Shown: positions 1 through 10,341, numbered from the stretch's first letter. The stretch: DNA of 64,000 nt from a virus (IMGVR_UViG_3300027374_000478:64001-128000); one strand, 5' to 3'. The notes: generated from the sequence alone by a model not told the origin. Numbers and translations: made by a program.

Positions 1-360
1 GAATGTGTTGATTTTTTCAAGGAATTTTGAAGTTTTGTAAAGGTATTTAGGGATTTTAGAGAGTGATAAAATTGAGAAAAGCTAGGAAAATCAAGGGTCT
101 ACCGAACACAGTACCGAACTGAATTTTAAGGTTGATGTGTGAGTTGAACACATATGTACAAACACACGTTCGTAATATTGATCTAAAATGTAAATGTACC
201 CCCATATACAAACAAAAAACATATCATAATAGTATAGTATTATGGTATATTTACTGTCATTGTTATCGAATGTATGTTTTGTCTTTTGCAAAACAACTGG
301 TATGTTTAATACGGCGAACTATACCATACCAGTTTTGTTCGGTTTGAACATTTAGTAAAT

Positions 361-456
361 AATCCCCACTTTATCTAAAAAATAAATCAAAATAACGAAC
401 ATAATCCCCACTTTTACACAAGAAAACAATTAAAAAATGGCACAATCACCCACTTT
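361..456. repeat. three direct repeats AATC(A)CCCACTTT at ~42-bp spacing (iteron/operator-like)
   Basis: aatccccacttt at 361 and 403, aatcacccacttt at 444. Confidence 0.5.
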
Positions 457-531
457 GCCACAATACCAACGCCTTGCGTAGTTTTAATGATATTTTTAAA
501 CTGGGAGGTTGTCCGGTTATTCAATAGGTTA

Positions 532-729
532 CTAGCTCTGAATATATCCATCCCTTTCCAACTTTTCCACAATAGCGGTAGTAGTCCATTTATTCCGATT
601 CATTCCACTATCAGCCATAGCTTTTTCCACAGCTTCATAAATTGACTTCTGATATTTTACAGTATACGCAACCATATTTTCTTTATCGTATTTATCATTA
701 GCTTTCCTTTTTGCTTCATTGTATCCCAT
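532..729 (-). CDS. small ribbon-helix-helix-like DNA-binding protein
   Basis: 65 aa; 'KRKANDKYDKEN..YTVK....YEAVEKAMADSGMNRNKWTTTAIVEKL' is typical of Firmicutes MGE RHH regulators. Confidence 0.55.
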   Translation of the reverse strand: MGYNEAKRKANDKYDKENMVAYTVKYQKSIYEAVEKAMADSGMNRNKWTTTAIVEKLERDGYIQS

Positions 730-1062
730 CTATAATATACCTTCTACAAGCTCATATTTTCAATTTTAAGGCACGTTATACGTGTTTATATATAATCTAC
801 CACATAACATTTATTCTGTCAATTTTGGGCATATTGCAACGTTATATTGCTATGATAATAATTGTACAATATACACAAAAACAAATAATTATTTTTGTAC
901 AAAAATAAGCCTAAAATACACGTATTCCGTGCAAAAAGTTCTTGCATTTACCCGTATTACGTGCTATAATCTATATATAAGTTAAATATAAAATAAAACA
1001 TCAAAACAAAGAAGTATATAACAGCACACAAACACCACAACACAGAAAGGCAGGTACACAAT

Positions 1063-1236
1063 ATGAGCAAGCACACAATCACAATGAAAGAGATTCAGAA
1101 CATGATCAATAACGGTATTACAACATTTTCTAAAAAAGATGATAGTCCAAGAGGTTGTAAGACTGTAGCAGCAACTGAAATTCAAATAGGCGACAAAGTT
1201 GTAATTGACAACTACTTTACGCTTATTACTGAATAA
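1063..1236 (+). CDS. hypothetical protein, 57 aa (MSKHTITMKEIQ...)
   Basis: SD-like AAAGGCAGGT upstream; open frame to TAA 1234-1236; below the ORF-track cutoff. Confidence 0.55.
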   Translation: MSKHTITMKEIQNMINNGITTFSKKDDSPRGCKTVAATEIQIGDKVVIDNYFTLITE

Positions 1237-1295
1237 ATCCCCTGATGAGCAACGGTGAGAGCCGGCGAAACTACCCAAACAAGGGTAGTCGGGAT
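1237..1295 (+). ncRNA. hammerhead ribozyme, type I
   Basis: stem I atccc/gggat; core CTGATGA 1242-1248; stem II gc..cggt-gaga-gccg..gc; GAAA 1267-1270; stem III ctaccc/gggtag; GTC cleavage triplet ending at 1290. Confidence 0.9.
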
Positions 1296-1425
1296 AATAA
1301 CACGATCCTACATAAGTACCAAACAGCACATTGATAATTAAATAGACTTTATACCTGAGTTGTGATATACTATATATATATTATAGCAATTAAGTACAAG
1401 TCATTGTTTGAAAGTAGGTGATCAT

Positions 1426-1566
1426 ATGGGTATGACGAATAAGCAATTCCAAGGCTTTATAAGACTTGCTTTAGAGTTACTTGAAAAAGCATTACAAAAA
1501 TCTCCAGATAATGAAGAACTAAAAAAAGTAAGAGACATTTTTCAATCAATGTTAGAAGACGATTAA
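1426..1566 (+). CDS. hypothetical protein, 46 aa (MGMTNKQFQGFIRL...)
   Basis: SD AGGTGA; open frame. Confidence 0.55.
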   Translation: MGMTNKQFQGFIRLALELLEKALQKSPDNEELKKVRDIFQSMLEDD

Positions 1567-1699
1567 TTATTATCACAATTCACAATTCACGGTGTAAAGT
1601 CTATTAAATTATTAAGGCTTTACACCTTTTTAATATAGAAATAATCTGATATAATGAAATAATCAATATCAGCATATCAGGTTATAGGAAGGTGGACAC

Positions 1700-1912
1700 A
1701 TGGCAATAAGAACCAATAAAGAGTTATCACAGGCAATAGACGATTTAATTTTAAACTCTGGTATTAAAAAAACTTTTATATCTGAAAAGTTGGGTATAAG
1801 TCGGCAAGCACTAGATAACATGATGACAAAAAAGCATTTTTCTATTGATGATGCTAACAAAATCCTTAATATTATAGGATATGAAACAGAAACAAATATT
1901 AAAAAAAGTTGA
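1700..1912 (+). CDS. XRE/Cro-like helix-turn-helix protein
   Basis: 'GIKKTFISEKLGISRQALDNMM' HTH pattern; SD GGAAGGTGG. Confidence 0.75.
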   Translation: MAIRTNKELSQAIDDLILNSGIKKTFISEKLGISRQALDNMMTKKHFSIDDANKILNIIGYETETNIKKS

Positions 1913-1931
1913 AAAAAATCATTAAAAACAG

Positions 1932-1960
1932 TTGACAAGTAAAGGCAAATAGTCTATAAT
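1932..1960 (+). promoter_or_regulatory. consensus sigma70/SigA promoter
   Basis: TTGACA-17 bp-TATAAT. Confidence 0.8.
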
Positions 1961-1966
1961 AATACT

Positions 1967-3455
1967 TGTAAGGAACGCAAGGGAATATAAATCGGTATCA
2001 CGGCAGCATCAATAAGACCTGATACATTCTCAACATGGCAGTGTCAATAAGTCCAGGAGCGATAAAAGAAAAATCCCAGTTCCAAACGAAACTGGGAAAT
2101 TTCAAGAAAAGTGTATAAAACACTTCATCCTCAACAAATGAAGTATAACACAATTCTTGACAATCTGTCAATCGGCAGAAATTTCCCAAAACAAAGTAAC
2201 TATTAACGTCCTGTAAAGTGGAGTGCTAACAGGATCGTAACCAAGGCAAAGTAACAAGAGATTGCAAACGAGGTTAGAGAAAAGATAATTGATTCATTAA
2301 ATTTCCGCAACCTAACGGGGAAACGTGACAGATAGCAGCGTCAAAATGCTATCCGTGTTAACTGGACACGCTGACTACATCGGGGACGTGATAGTTCATA
2401 TCATATCAGACGTAGCAGGGAATACCATCCCAAACCAGAAAATCTATGAATATGTGTGAATGCGAGTAGGCAGAAACAAGAGTTTTGCGGTGACTGATTC
2501 TGAAACCGTGACCTGTGGGGTGTGGTAGCCGTAACGGGAACGAGAGACAATCTACTATAATATAGATAGCTCTTTTGATGATAATTTATCGCTGTAGAGG
2601 ATGGACAGGAAGAAAACACAAAACGATAGACTATATTATTTACAAGCGTTCACAAAAATAAATCCTTGTAAATATCATTGGTGGTTGTAAACCGTGGTTA
2701 TGGAAGGCTGAGAAATACGTCTTCCAACCGCTGACAAGCGGTATATAAATATACATAAGAAATCTTTAGAGAGTGTCAAGCAATAACGACACTCTCTTCA
2801 TTATTAAAAGCGGTCAACTGCTTTTCAAAAAGGAATGTGATGTTCAAGCGAGAAGGAAAAGAGAAATAAGTATTACATCCTGTGAGGGCTGCCCATGTGG
2901 TCATAAGTGCATATACCAGGCGCAAGGAAAAGTGATAACCCGTGACACAAGCTTTTTCATGTTTGAAAGATTGCACGTATAAAGAAGGAAGTAAAAATGT
3001 GACGCAAGATAAGGGCGTTAAACTTTCAATCGCTCAAGATCGGCAATGCGATCAATAAATTGTGCCGGCATCGGGAGCCTGTATATCTCCCGTAAAAAAC
3101 AGATTATACACGTTATGCAATGAGAACGAATCTTATAGGCTGGAATAGTCAGACGGTGCGGAAATCTAAGGAAAGTACGGTAAAAACTAACCAGGATAAA
3201 AATAAAAACCGTGTGCGTGTCCGTAAAGCGCATTTGCATAGATAAAAATATCTATAAAAGTTTGATAGCAAATAGAAACGGCGTCACAGGTTAGGGCTTA
3301 AGCTACTATGGCGGAGATAATTACACATAATTTTATTATTTACCATACCCATAAAAACAGAATCAAACATGAAGACGGCTCACAGAGTAAGAATTGATTG
3401 AGTGAACAAGTCGGGATCAATAAGTCAATCACCGCTTAAAAGGTGCTTAGTCTAC
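1967..3455 (+). ncRNA. candidate large (~1.5 kb) structured non-coding RNA
   Basis: follows a perfect promoter; no credible ORF/SD; GC-richer than its flanks; many local hairpins and long-range complementary segments. Confidence 0.55.
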
Positions 3456-3521
3456 ATCATTGAAAAGTCTCTTTTGTGGGCATGGATAAGTAATAAAAAA
3501 AGAATATAGAATTGTGGAGGT

Positions 3522-3875
3522 ATGACAATGAAAAATTTAATTGTAAAAGGCGAATACAATCCAGAAGTAAAAACGATGTATTATTACATTGAACCTGTAA
3601 CAGTTCATAAGTTGACAGCAACAACAGAAGAAAATAACAAAGCAACCTTAAAGGATTTTTATACAGCCGTTGAATGGTTGTTAAGTCGTGGATATGATGA
3701 ATATCACGAAGAATACAGTAACACCATAAATCCAGCACAACAAAATATATTTACTGCTTTGCGGTCTTATAGAGTAATACGGAATGGACACTACAAGTCA
3801 GTAAAGATTTTTCAAAGGGCTTTTGGAGGTTGTGTTATATCTGAATGCAACTTGCAGAATGAAACAAGCATGTAA
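3522..3875 (+). CDS. hypothetical protein
   Basis: 117 aa ORF, SD GGAGGT. Confidence 0.65.
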   Translation: MTMKNLIVKGEYNPEVKTMYYYIEPVTVHKLTATTEENNKATLKDFYTAVEWLLSRGYDEYHEEYSNTINPAQQNIFTALRSYRVIRNGHYKSVKIFQRAFGGCVISECNLQNETSM

Positions 3876-3902
3876 TCAATAAAACAATTATTTGAAAGGA
3901 AA

Positions 3903-4145
3903 ATGGTCATGAATAAAGCTATTGAAAAAATTAATAAATTCCTCAAAGCAACAACTAAAACGTTGGAATTGCGCTTTGATGATGGAATGTTTTTGCAACT
4001 TAAGAAACATGTCAAAAATGGAAAACATTTTCTTGAAGTCCATACATCCGGATATGATGGAACGTTTGAAATCACAGAAGCATTAGAGTGGATTAATTGG
4101 ACACTGTATGATTACTCGGCTAATGGATTTTTAAGAAATTTTTAA
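3903..4145 (+). CDS. hypothetical protein
   Basis: 80 aa ORF, SD AAAGGA. Confidence 0.65.
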   Translation: MVMNKAIEKINKFLKATTKTLELRFDDGMFLQLKKHVKNGKHFLEVHTSGYDGTFEITEALEWINWTLYDYSANGFLRNF

Positions 4146-4195
4146 CAATAAAAGGGATATTTAAAGGCAGATGGAAAATAAAACCGTCTGCCTTG

Positions 4196-4270
4196 CTTGT
4201 TATAATGCAGCCTGAAAGCCTGATCAACTTTCAGACAGTCCCAAGCCTGTAAAATGCAGAGGGTAACAAG
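4196..4270 (+). ncRNA. twister ribozyme (P1 type)
   Basis: P1 cttgtta/taacaag; TAA-TGCA-GC; P3 ctgaaag/ctttcag; acag-TCCCAAGC-ctgt; AAAA-TGCA-GAGGG, matching the twister core order. Confidence 0.85.
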
Positions 4271-4321
4271 AAATTAACAGAGAAATAGTTATTGATACAT
4301 AGATAATCAAAGAAAGGTTAA

Positions 4322-6007
4322 ATGGTGGAAATTATGTCAAATTACTATGATTACAGAGAAGTAAAGGTTATGATCGCTCACAAACTTATGTCCATGGAAG
4401 GTTGGAAAGTGTATGGATATACACCAGATGAAAGTGACAGCATGACAGATTATTGGAGTCCGGCACATTGGGATGGAGTAGCAGAAAAGAATGGTTATAT
4501 CTTATGCGTGGATGTTTACGGCGCAGCAGAACCGCAGGAAATCAGAAAATATAATTACTCTGGTTTTACATATGATCGCAGCATAGCGGAAAAAATCAAA
4601 AAGTTGGAAGCTATGACCGTTGAACGTGGAGCATCGGAAGCAGAAGAAGCAAGCGCAAAATTATCTATTGAACGTTTGCAGAAAAAAGCAGAAGAAACAA
4701 CGGAAAACGCAAGTAAATATATTGTTGTTGGTACAGTTCCCGGACATATGGCACACCCTCCAAAAATGAATTGGCATATTGAAAAAGATGGGATCATTAT
4801 TGCAAAGGGTAACGGCATTTTGAAATTTGCCCATATCTGGAAATATTACAATTATAACCGTGATATGGAATGGTTGAACGAATATAAGAAGGACAAAAAA
4901 GCATATGCCGATAAGCACACACAAGACCTTGTAAACCGTGGATATTATGACAGTGAGGAAGACGCAAGAAAGAATACAGAAAGACATATTGAGGATTTAG
5001 AGGAAGATATCAAGCTGATAGATAAGTTTGAGACATTCATCAATAAAATTGATACTACTTGTGGCGGTTTAATTGGAGAAGGTGACGGAACTGTATATGA
5101 AAAAGTAACCGTTACAGAATACAAAAAAGAAAATAAAGTTGTAGAAGATACGACTGGAAGCATTAAAGAGGGACAGCTTTTCATTCTGAAATCTAATTTC
5201 AATTATGGATGTTATAAAGGGCTTGTATATCGTATCCATGAAACAGAGAGAAACGGACAGAAACATTTTCATGCTTATAAACTAAATGGAAAACTTACAA
5301 AGGAATGTACAGGAAACGCAAGCCGTAATAACTATTGGTTTGTTGGTAGTGGTGATTCTGAATGCCTCACAAAATGGATTGAAAAGGGTTCTATTGCATG
5401 GTGTCATATTGAAGAGGTAAAAACGCCATATGAGGTGGAAAAGGTTGTAAAAAAGACTATTAAAGCAGAAAAGAAAAATACGACATCTACCACAACGGAA
5501 ACGGCACAGACAGAGGAAACAGACGTAAACGCCTATGCATATGAAGTATCAGAAGACACGGACACACGTACAGGAGAAAAAATATATCTTGTGAAGGTTG
5601 CGGAAAAATTGAGCCGTGAAGAGTATATAACCGTAAACAAGTATATTAAATCTTTGGGCGGATATTACTCAAAATTTAAACATGCGTTTTTATTCAAGGA
5701 AAATCCATCAGAGAAGTTGAACGTAATTATAGCGGAAACAACACAGACGGCAGAACCGGCACAGGAAGCACAAAGCACAAAGGAAGAACCAGAAGCGAAA
5801 AAAACAAGTATTTCCTATACAATTACAGAGGATCAGCACACGCAAACACACGCGAAAATCTGGATTGTGAAGCCTGAAAAGGAATTAAACAAGTCAGACT
5901 TTGCGGAGGTTAAGCGGAAACTTGCAACGCTACAAGGCTATTATAGCAGTTTTAAACGTGGTTTTATTTTTAAATATGATCCAACGGAAGCATTACAAAC
6001 AGGATAA
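4322..6007 (+). CDS. large multi-domain hypothetical protein (DUF2786-like segment; two repeated C-terminal domains)
   Basis: 561 aa; 'KIKKLEAMTVERGASEAE'; repeated 'Y.v.ED....T..KI.lVK....L....f..v......L.GYYS.FK..F.FK..P' domain. Confidence 0.75.
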   Translation: MVEIMSNYYDYREVKVMIAHKLMSMEGWKVYGYTPDESDSMTDYWSPAHWDGVAEKNGYILCVDVYGAAEPQEIRKYNYSGFTYDRSIAEKIKKLEAMTVERGASEAEEASAKLSIERLQKKAEETTENASKYIVVGTVPGHMAHPPKMNWHIEKDGIIIAKGNGILKFAHIWKYYNYNRDMEWLNEYKKDKKAYADKHTQDLVNRGYYDSEEDARKNTERHIEDLEEDIKLIDKFETFINKIDTTCGGLIGEGDGTVYEKVTVTEYKKENKVVEDTTGSIKEGQLFILKSNFNYGCYKGLVYRIHETERNGQKHFHAYKLNGKLTKECTGNASRNNYWFVGSGDSECLTKWIEKGSIAWCHIEEVKTPYEVEKVVKKTIKAEKKNTTSTTTETAQTEETDVNAYAYEVSEDTDTRTGEKIYLVKVAEKLSREEYITVNKYIKSLGGYYSKFKHAFLFKENPSEKLNVIIAETTQTAEPAQEAQSTKEEPEAKKTSISYTITEDQHTQTHAKIWIVKPEKELNKSDFAEVKRKLATLQGYYSSFKRGFIFKYDPTEALQTG

Positions 6008-6040
6008 TATAAAGACGGTTGAAATATACCGCCTTATAAA

Positions 6041-7690
6041 ATGGAGGAAATGATAATGTTACCAAAAGAGTTTTATCCTACACCACAAAATATTATTGAC
6101 AAGATGCTTTTTGATTTAGATTTTACAATGATAAAAAGTATTTTGGAACCATCGGCGGGTAAGGGAGATATAGTTGAGGCATTAAAGAAGAAAGAAGGAA
6201 ACCATAATAAATATTATGGCAAACAATACTATCAGTTTGATATTGATTGTATAGAAGCTGATCAGAATCTGCAGCATATTCTTAAAGGGAAAAATTTCCG
6301 TGTTGTTTATAATGATTTTCTTACATATAACACGATGAAGGAATACGATCTAATTATTATGAATCCGCCTTTTTCTAACGGTTGCAAACATCTTTTAAAG
6401 GCTTTAGAAATGCAACAAAGAAATGGCGGTGCGGTTGTGTGTCTTCTCAATGCGGAAACTTTAAAAAATCTATGTACAAATGATAGGCAGTATTTACAGC
6501 GTAAACTCACAGAATATAACGCAAAAATTGAGTTTATACAAAATGCTTTTCTGGATGCGGAACGGAAAACGGCGGTTGAAATTGCGCTTGTAAAGGTTCA
6601 GCTTCCAGAGGTGCAAAGAGAATCTTTTATATTGGAAGGATTAAGAGAAGCAAAAGATCAAAAAGAATTTCAGGCAGAGGAAAGCACAAAACTAATTGAT
6701 AGTGATTTTTTCAAGGCTATTGTAAAACAATATCAGTTAGAAGTGGAAGCAGGAATAAAATTGATTAAAGAATATTATGCAATGCAGCCGTTTATTTTGT
6801 CACAGTTTGGAAAAGACGAAAAGACAGGGGAAACGATACAAAAAGGCGGCTGTATTATCTCCATGACTTGTAGTAAAAATGGGCTTTCTGTTAATGAATA
6901 TATAAAAATGGTGCGGAGTAAATATTGGAATGCACTTTTTGAAAATAAAAGATTTATAGGGCAGCTTACAAATAATCTGCAAAGAGATTTTTATAATAAA
7001 GTGGAAGAATTAAGTAACTATGATTTTTCACTTTATAATATCTACCAGTTAAAAATTGATATACAGAAAAAAGTTGTTAAAGGAATAGAGGATACCATAA
7101 TAGATCTTTTTGATGAATTAAGTTATAAATACCATTGGCTTGATGAAACGTCAAAAAACATTCACTATTACAATGGATGGAAAACAAACAAGGGATGGAT
7201 AATCAATAAAAAAGTGATTATTCCTTTAAATGGTTTTTATGACCTTAATTATTCATGGGGAGGATTCAGACCGTCAAGGCATGATGTTGTAAGTAAATTA
7301 CAGGATATAGAAAAATGTTTTAACTATCTTGATGGAGGGCTAACAGAAGCGGTTGATCTGGAAGAATCCCTAAAGTTTGCAGAGGAATACGGAGAGACAA
7401 AGAATATACAGTTAAAGTATTTTACTGTCACATTCTACAAAAAAGGTACATGTCATATTGTATTTAACAATGACGAGTTACTGAAAAAATTTAATATATT
7501 TGGTTCTCAGCACAAAGGATGGTTGCCACCTTCCTACGGAAAGAAGGATTATAAAGATATGACAGCAGAAGAAAAAGCAGTTGTAAATGAGTTTGAAGGA
7601 GAAAAAGAGTATAGCAAAGTTATTTCTAATAAAGAGTATTACTTGTTTGATGGAAATAATCTGAATTTACTGGAAGAGAAAACGGCATAA
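6041..7690 (+). CDS. class I SAM-dependent DNA adenine methyltransferase, DUF4942-type
   Basis: FYPTP, LEPSAGKG (motif I), MNPPF (motif IV), C-terminal 'YF.V.FYKKGTCHI.F'. Confidence 0.85.
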   Translation: MEEMIMLPKEFYPTPQNIIDKMLFDLDFTMIKSILEPSAGKGDIVEALKKKEGNHNKYYGKQYYQFDIDCIEADQNLQHILKGKNFRVVYNDFLTYNTMKEYDLIIMNPPFSNGCKHLLKALEMQQRNGGAVVCLLNAETLKNLCTNDRQYLQRKLTEYNAKIEFIQNAFLDAERKTAVEIALVKVQLPEVQRESFILEGLREAKDQKEFQAEESTKLIDSDFFKAIVKQYQLEVEAGIKLIKEYYAMQPFILSQFGKDEKTGETIQKGGCIISMTCSKNGLSVNEYIKMVRSKYWNALFENKRFIGQLTNNLQRDFYNKVEELSNYDFSLYNIYQLKIDIQKKVVKGIEDTIIDLFDELSYKYHWLDETSKNIHYYNGWKTNKGWIINKKVIIPLNGFYDLNYSWGGFRPSRHDVVSKLQDIEKCFNYLDGGLTEAVDLEESLKFAEEYGETKNIQLKYFTVTFYKKGTCHIVFNNDELLKKFNIFGSQHKGWLPPSYGKKDYKDMTAEEKAVVNEFEGEKEYSKVISNKEYYLFDGNNLNLLEEKTA

Positions 7691-8283
7691 AGCCGATGAA
7701 ATTGTAATTTGAAAGGAGGACAACATGATTAATTTAAAGAAAGGTGTAAACCTTAAAAAACGTAAAAGGAATAATTGTACTTACACTTGTAAAATAAGCA
7801 CAAAAAAACTAATCAAATAATTTGTATGTAGTTAGAACGGCTATAGAGAATATAAGACTATAGCCGTTTTATAGTGCTTACAAAAAAGATAAATAAAAGG
7901 TAGGAGGTTGAAAAATGCAGAATAATATAGTTGCAGAATATGATTATTATACCTTGGATCAGGCAAGAAAAATTATACTTGCAGAAGAAAGGCAAAAGAA
8001 AAATGAAATAGTAGAATGTTATCTTGCTGGTGCTGCAATGTTTCTAATGCCGATTTTAATGTTTTTGCATTGGCTGATAGTTGGATATTAAGGGAGGTTA
8101 TGGTATGATAACTAATATATGGTGTTCTTGGAAAGAATTTGATGAATACGAGCTAGATAAGAAATACAAACTTGTAGATTGTGGAATGAGCAAAAAACAC
8201 TTAGGCTATAAGTTGCTGCGAGATATGGAGAGAAATATCAATGTATACGTAAGATAAATCGTGTATTTCATTGGACAAATAAA

Positions 8284-8344
8284 GCCGAAACTAGCCATTT
8301 GTGGCTAGTCTGTATAAGATAGCGGCTTATACAGTGATGATGGC
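8284..8344 (+). ncRNA. hammerhead ribozyme, type II, with variant core (GTGATGA)
   Basis: gcc-GAAA-ctagcc/ggctag-TC-tgtataag/cttataca-GTGATGA-t-ggc. Confidence 0.75.
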
Positions 8345-8366
8345 AAGCTGAAGGAGGTAAAACTTT

Positions 8367-9119
8367 ATGTTGAATATTATGGCGCAGTTAGAAAACCTTG
8401 ATAATAGAGAGTGGAACGCTCTATTTGCCAATATGGAAAGAGAAGAAAACAGAATTGTTGCAAGCCGCAAAAAGGACTTGTTATATCGTTATTTGGGAGA
8501 GATAGATTGTCCTGAAGAAATGTTTTACAAGTTTGCTACAGTTGATGATGTTAGAAAATGCGGTGGTAAAACAAATTGGTTCCTTTGCTCTGATGGCTCT
8601 TTCTTTACTTGTGGAGACTCTGCATCTGATTCACTTTTTGAAAGTGGAAAAGTTGTTAACTATAATTTTCCTTTTGAGGTGGAAAGAAACGAAAAATATA
8701 GCAGATTTTCTAAGGATGAAAGAACTGCCTTTCGTGTAGAGTTACAAGGAATCAGCGAAACAGAAGCAAAAGAAATTGTTTGTGATGAATTGGGGATTCC
8801 GGCATATAAAAATATCTATGTATTTTCAGTTACAGAAACTCTTTTAGATAGTTCTAATAATTCTGAGGAAGTAAATACATGCACATGTAACATAGAAGCC
8901 GATACAGAGGAGGAAGCAAGAGAAAAACTTATTTTAGAATGTCGTAAAGTTGGTTCTATTATAAGTAGTGGCAAAAGATTTACAAAAGAGGATAATAGAA
9001 AAATGCGTGAATCTGGGGAATTTTTTGGATATAAAGGAGGTACACCATATACAATCATTTTGAAAAGCAGAAATATTATTCTTATTGAAATAAAAGAAAA
9101 TCATGGGTATTGGGATTAA
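8367..9119 (+). CDS. hypothetical protein
   Basis: 250 aa ORF, SD AAGGAGGT. Confidence 0.75.
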   Translation: MLNIMAQLENLDNREWNALFANMEREENRIVASRKKDLLYRYLGEIDCPEEMFYKFATVDDVRKCGGKTNWFLCSDGSFFTCGDSASDSLFESGKVVNYNFPFEVERNEKYSRFSKDERTAFRVELQGISETEAKEIVCDELGIPAYKNIYVFSVTETLLDSSNNSEEVNTCTCNIEADTEEEAREKLILECRKVGSIISSGKRFTKEDNRKMRESGEFFGYKGGTPYTIILKSRNIILIEIKENHGYWD

Positions 9120-9147
9120 AATACCCATGAAACTACTGTTTTAAGAT

Positions 9148-9348
9148 ATGGAGGAAAGAAAAATGACAAGTTTTGAATTAATGAGAATAACTAGAAATAC
9201 ATTAAACCCTATTGGTAAATTGATTTATGATTATTTCAGAAAAACGGAAAATAGAAGAGTGTGTTTAACAAATGCGTTAGACGCACAAGATTGTTTTTTG
9301 ACTATTCAAGAAGCGAAATCGTGGATTACTAGACATAGTGCGCAATAA
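9148..9348 (+). CDS. hypothetical protein
   Basis: ORF, SD GGAGG (real start probably ATG 9163). Confidence 0.55.
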   Translation: MEERKMTSFELMRITRNTLNPIGKLIYDYFRKTENRRVCLTNALDAQDCFLTIQEAKSWITRHSAQ

Positions 9349-9505
9349 TTTCAAATTGCGTCTTACAAGCCTATTTAATGCCTTAAATCATATATATGTA
9401 CGTTGCGTTAAGTCCTTAAATAAGGCAAATAAATAGTATAAAAATAGGAAATAATTTTGATTTATTGGATAATATGTGATATGATAAATTTAAAAAGAAA
9501 CGAAT

Positions 9506-9766
9506 ATGAAATTTATGACAAATTTAGAGATTTTAATGATGGATAAATGCACAAAAACTGAAGCGGAAAAGCATTTAAAGAATGGAACGACTGTATTTGA
9601 GGGTGAGGATTTCGAGAAGCATTTTAATGATTATATGGACGAGTGGGATATTGATGAGGAAGACAGAGCAGAATATAAGTCAATGATTGATGATAAGAAA
9701 CCTGTTACCGATTGGGGAATTGTGGAGCATGACGGCATAACATGGTATATCGCGTATGTTTTATAA
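9506..9766 (+). CDS. hypothetical acidic protein
   Basis: 86 aa ORF. Confidence 0.6.
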   Translation: MKFMTNLEILMMDKCTKTEAEKHLKNGTTVFEGEDFEKHFNDYMDEWDIDEEDRAEYKSMIDDKKPVTDWGIVEHDGITWYIAYVL

Positions 9767-9867
9767 ATAATTAAACAGCATAGAAATAGAAGTAATAAGC
9801 AAGTGACAAGTGGGAATGTTGCTTGCTTTTATTATGGGAAAATTCAAAGAAAAATAGAAGAGGGCTT

Positions 9868-10092
9868 ATGCAACAGTTAAAAACAGAAAATTGTATTATA
9901 TGTGGTCAAAAAGCAAAATATTGAAAAGGTTATGTCAAAGGATTATATAAATATGCTCTTGGATATTCTGAAAGAAAAGTAATTGCTGGATTTTGCAAAA
10001 ATCATAAAGAACACGAGAGCAATAATAGTGGATGCTATGGAGAATATGATTCTGAAAAAATGGGAAGATGTATTCCATTATTTAATAGGTAA
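9868..10092 (+). pseudogene. small Cys-containing gene interrupted by TGA at 9922
   Basis: MQQLKTENCIICGQKAKY*KGYV... frame stays open to TAA 10090-10092, abutting a junction site. Confidence 0.55.
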
Positions 10093-10122
10093 TGAAAAAT
10101 CGTTTCAAGATGGGAGGATATA

Positions 10123-10341
10123 ATGAAAAAATTTAAAATATATATACAGACATGGCTTGATGGTAAACAGGTCAGAAGCATAAAAGATGTACCACCTGAA
10201 ACAATATGGGAATGTGTTTACATTTACAATTCCATTATACAGAAAGAAAAGCCGTCATTTATCAATGGAAAAGTAAAAGAAATTTTAGATAAATGTGGAA
10301 TTAATACGGTAACAGATGGAATCGGATGGAGGATTGTATAA
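10123..10341 (+). CDS. hypothetical protein
   Basis: 72 aa, SD GGGAGG. Confidence 0.65.
   Translation: MKKFKIYIQTWLDGKQVRSIKDVPPETIWECVYIYNSIIQKEKPSFINGKVKEILDKCGINTVTDGIGWRIV

Noticed and set aside
1998-3239. Short ORFs listed within the 2-3.4 kb region
   Set aside because: No SD, atypical composition, and overlapping on both strands. The region is better explained as structured RNA.
3285-3315. Pistol ribozyme-like words (GGTTAGGGC..TTAAGC)
   Set aside because: The required P1, pseudoknot and P3 arrangement could not be built.
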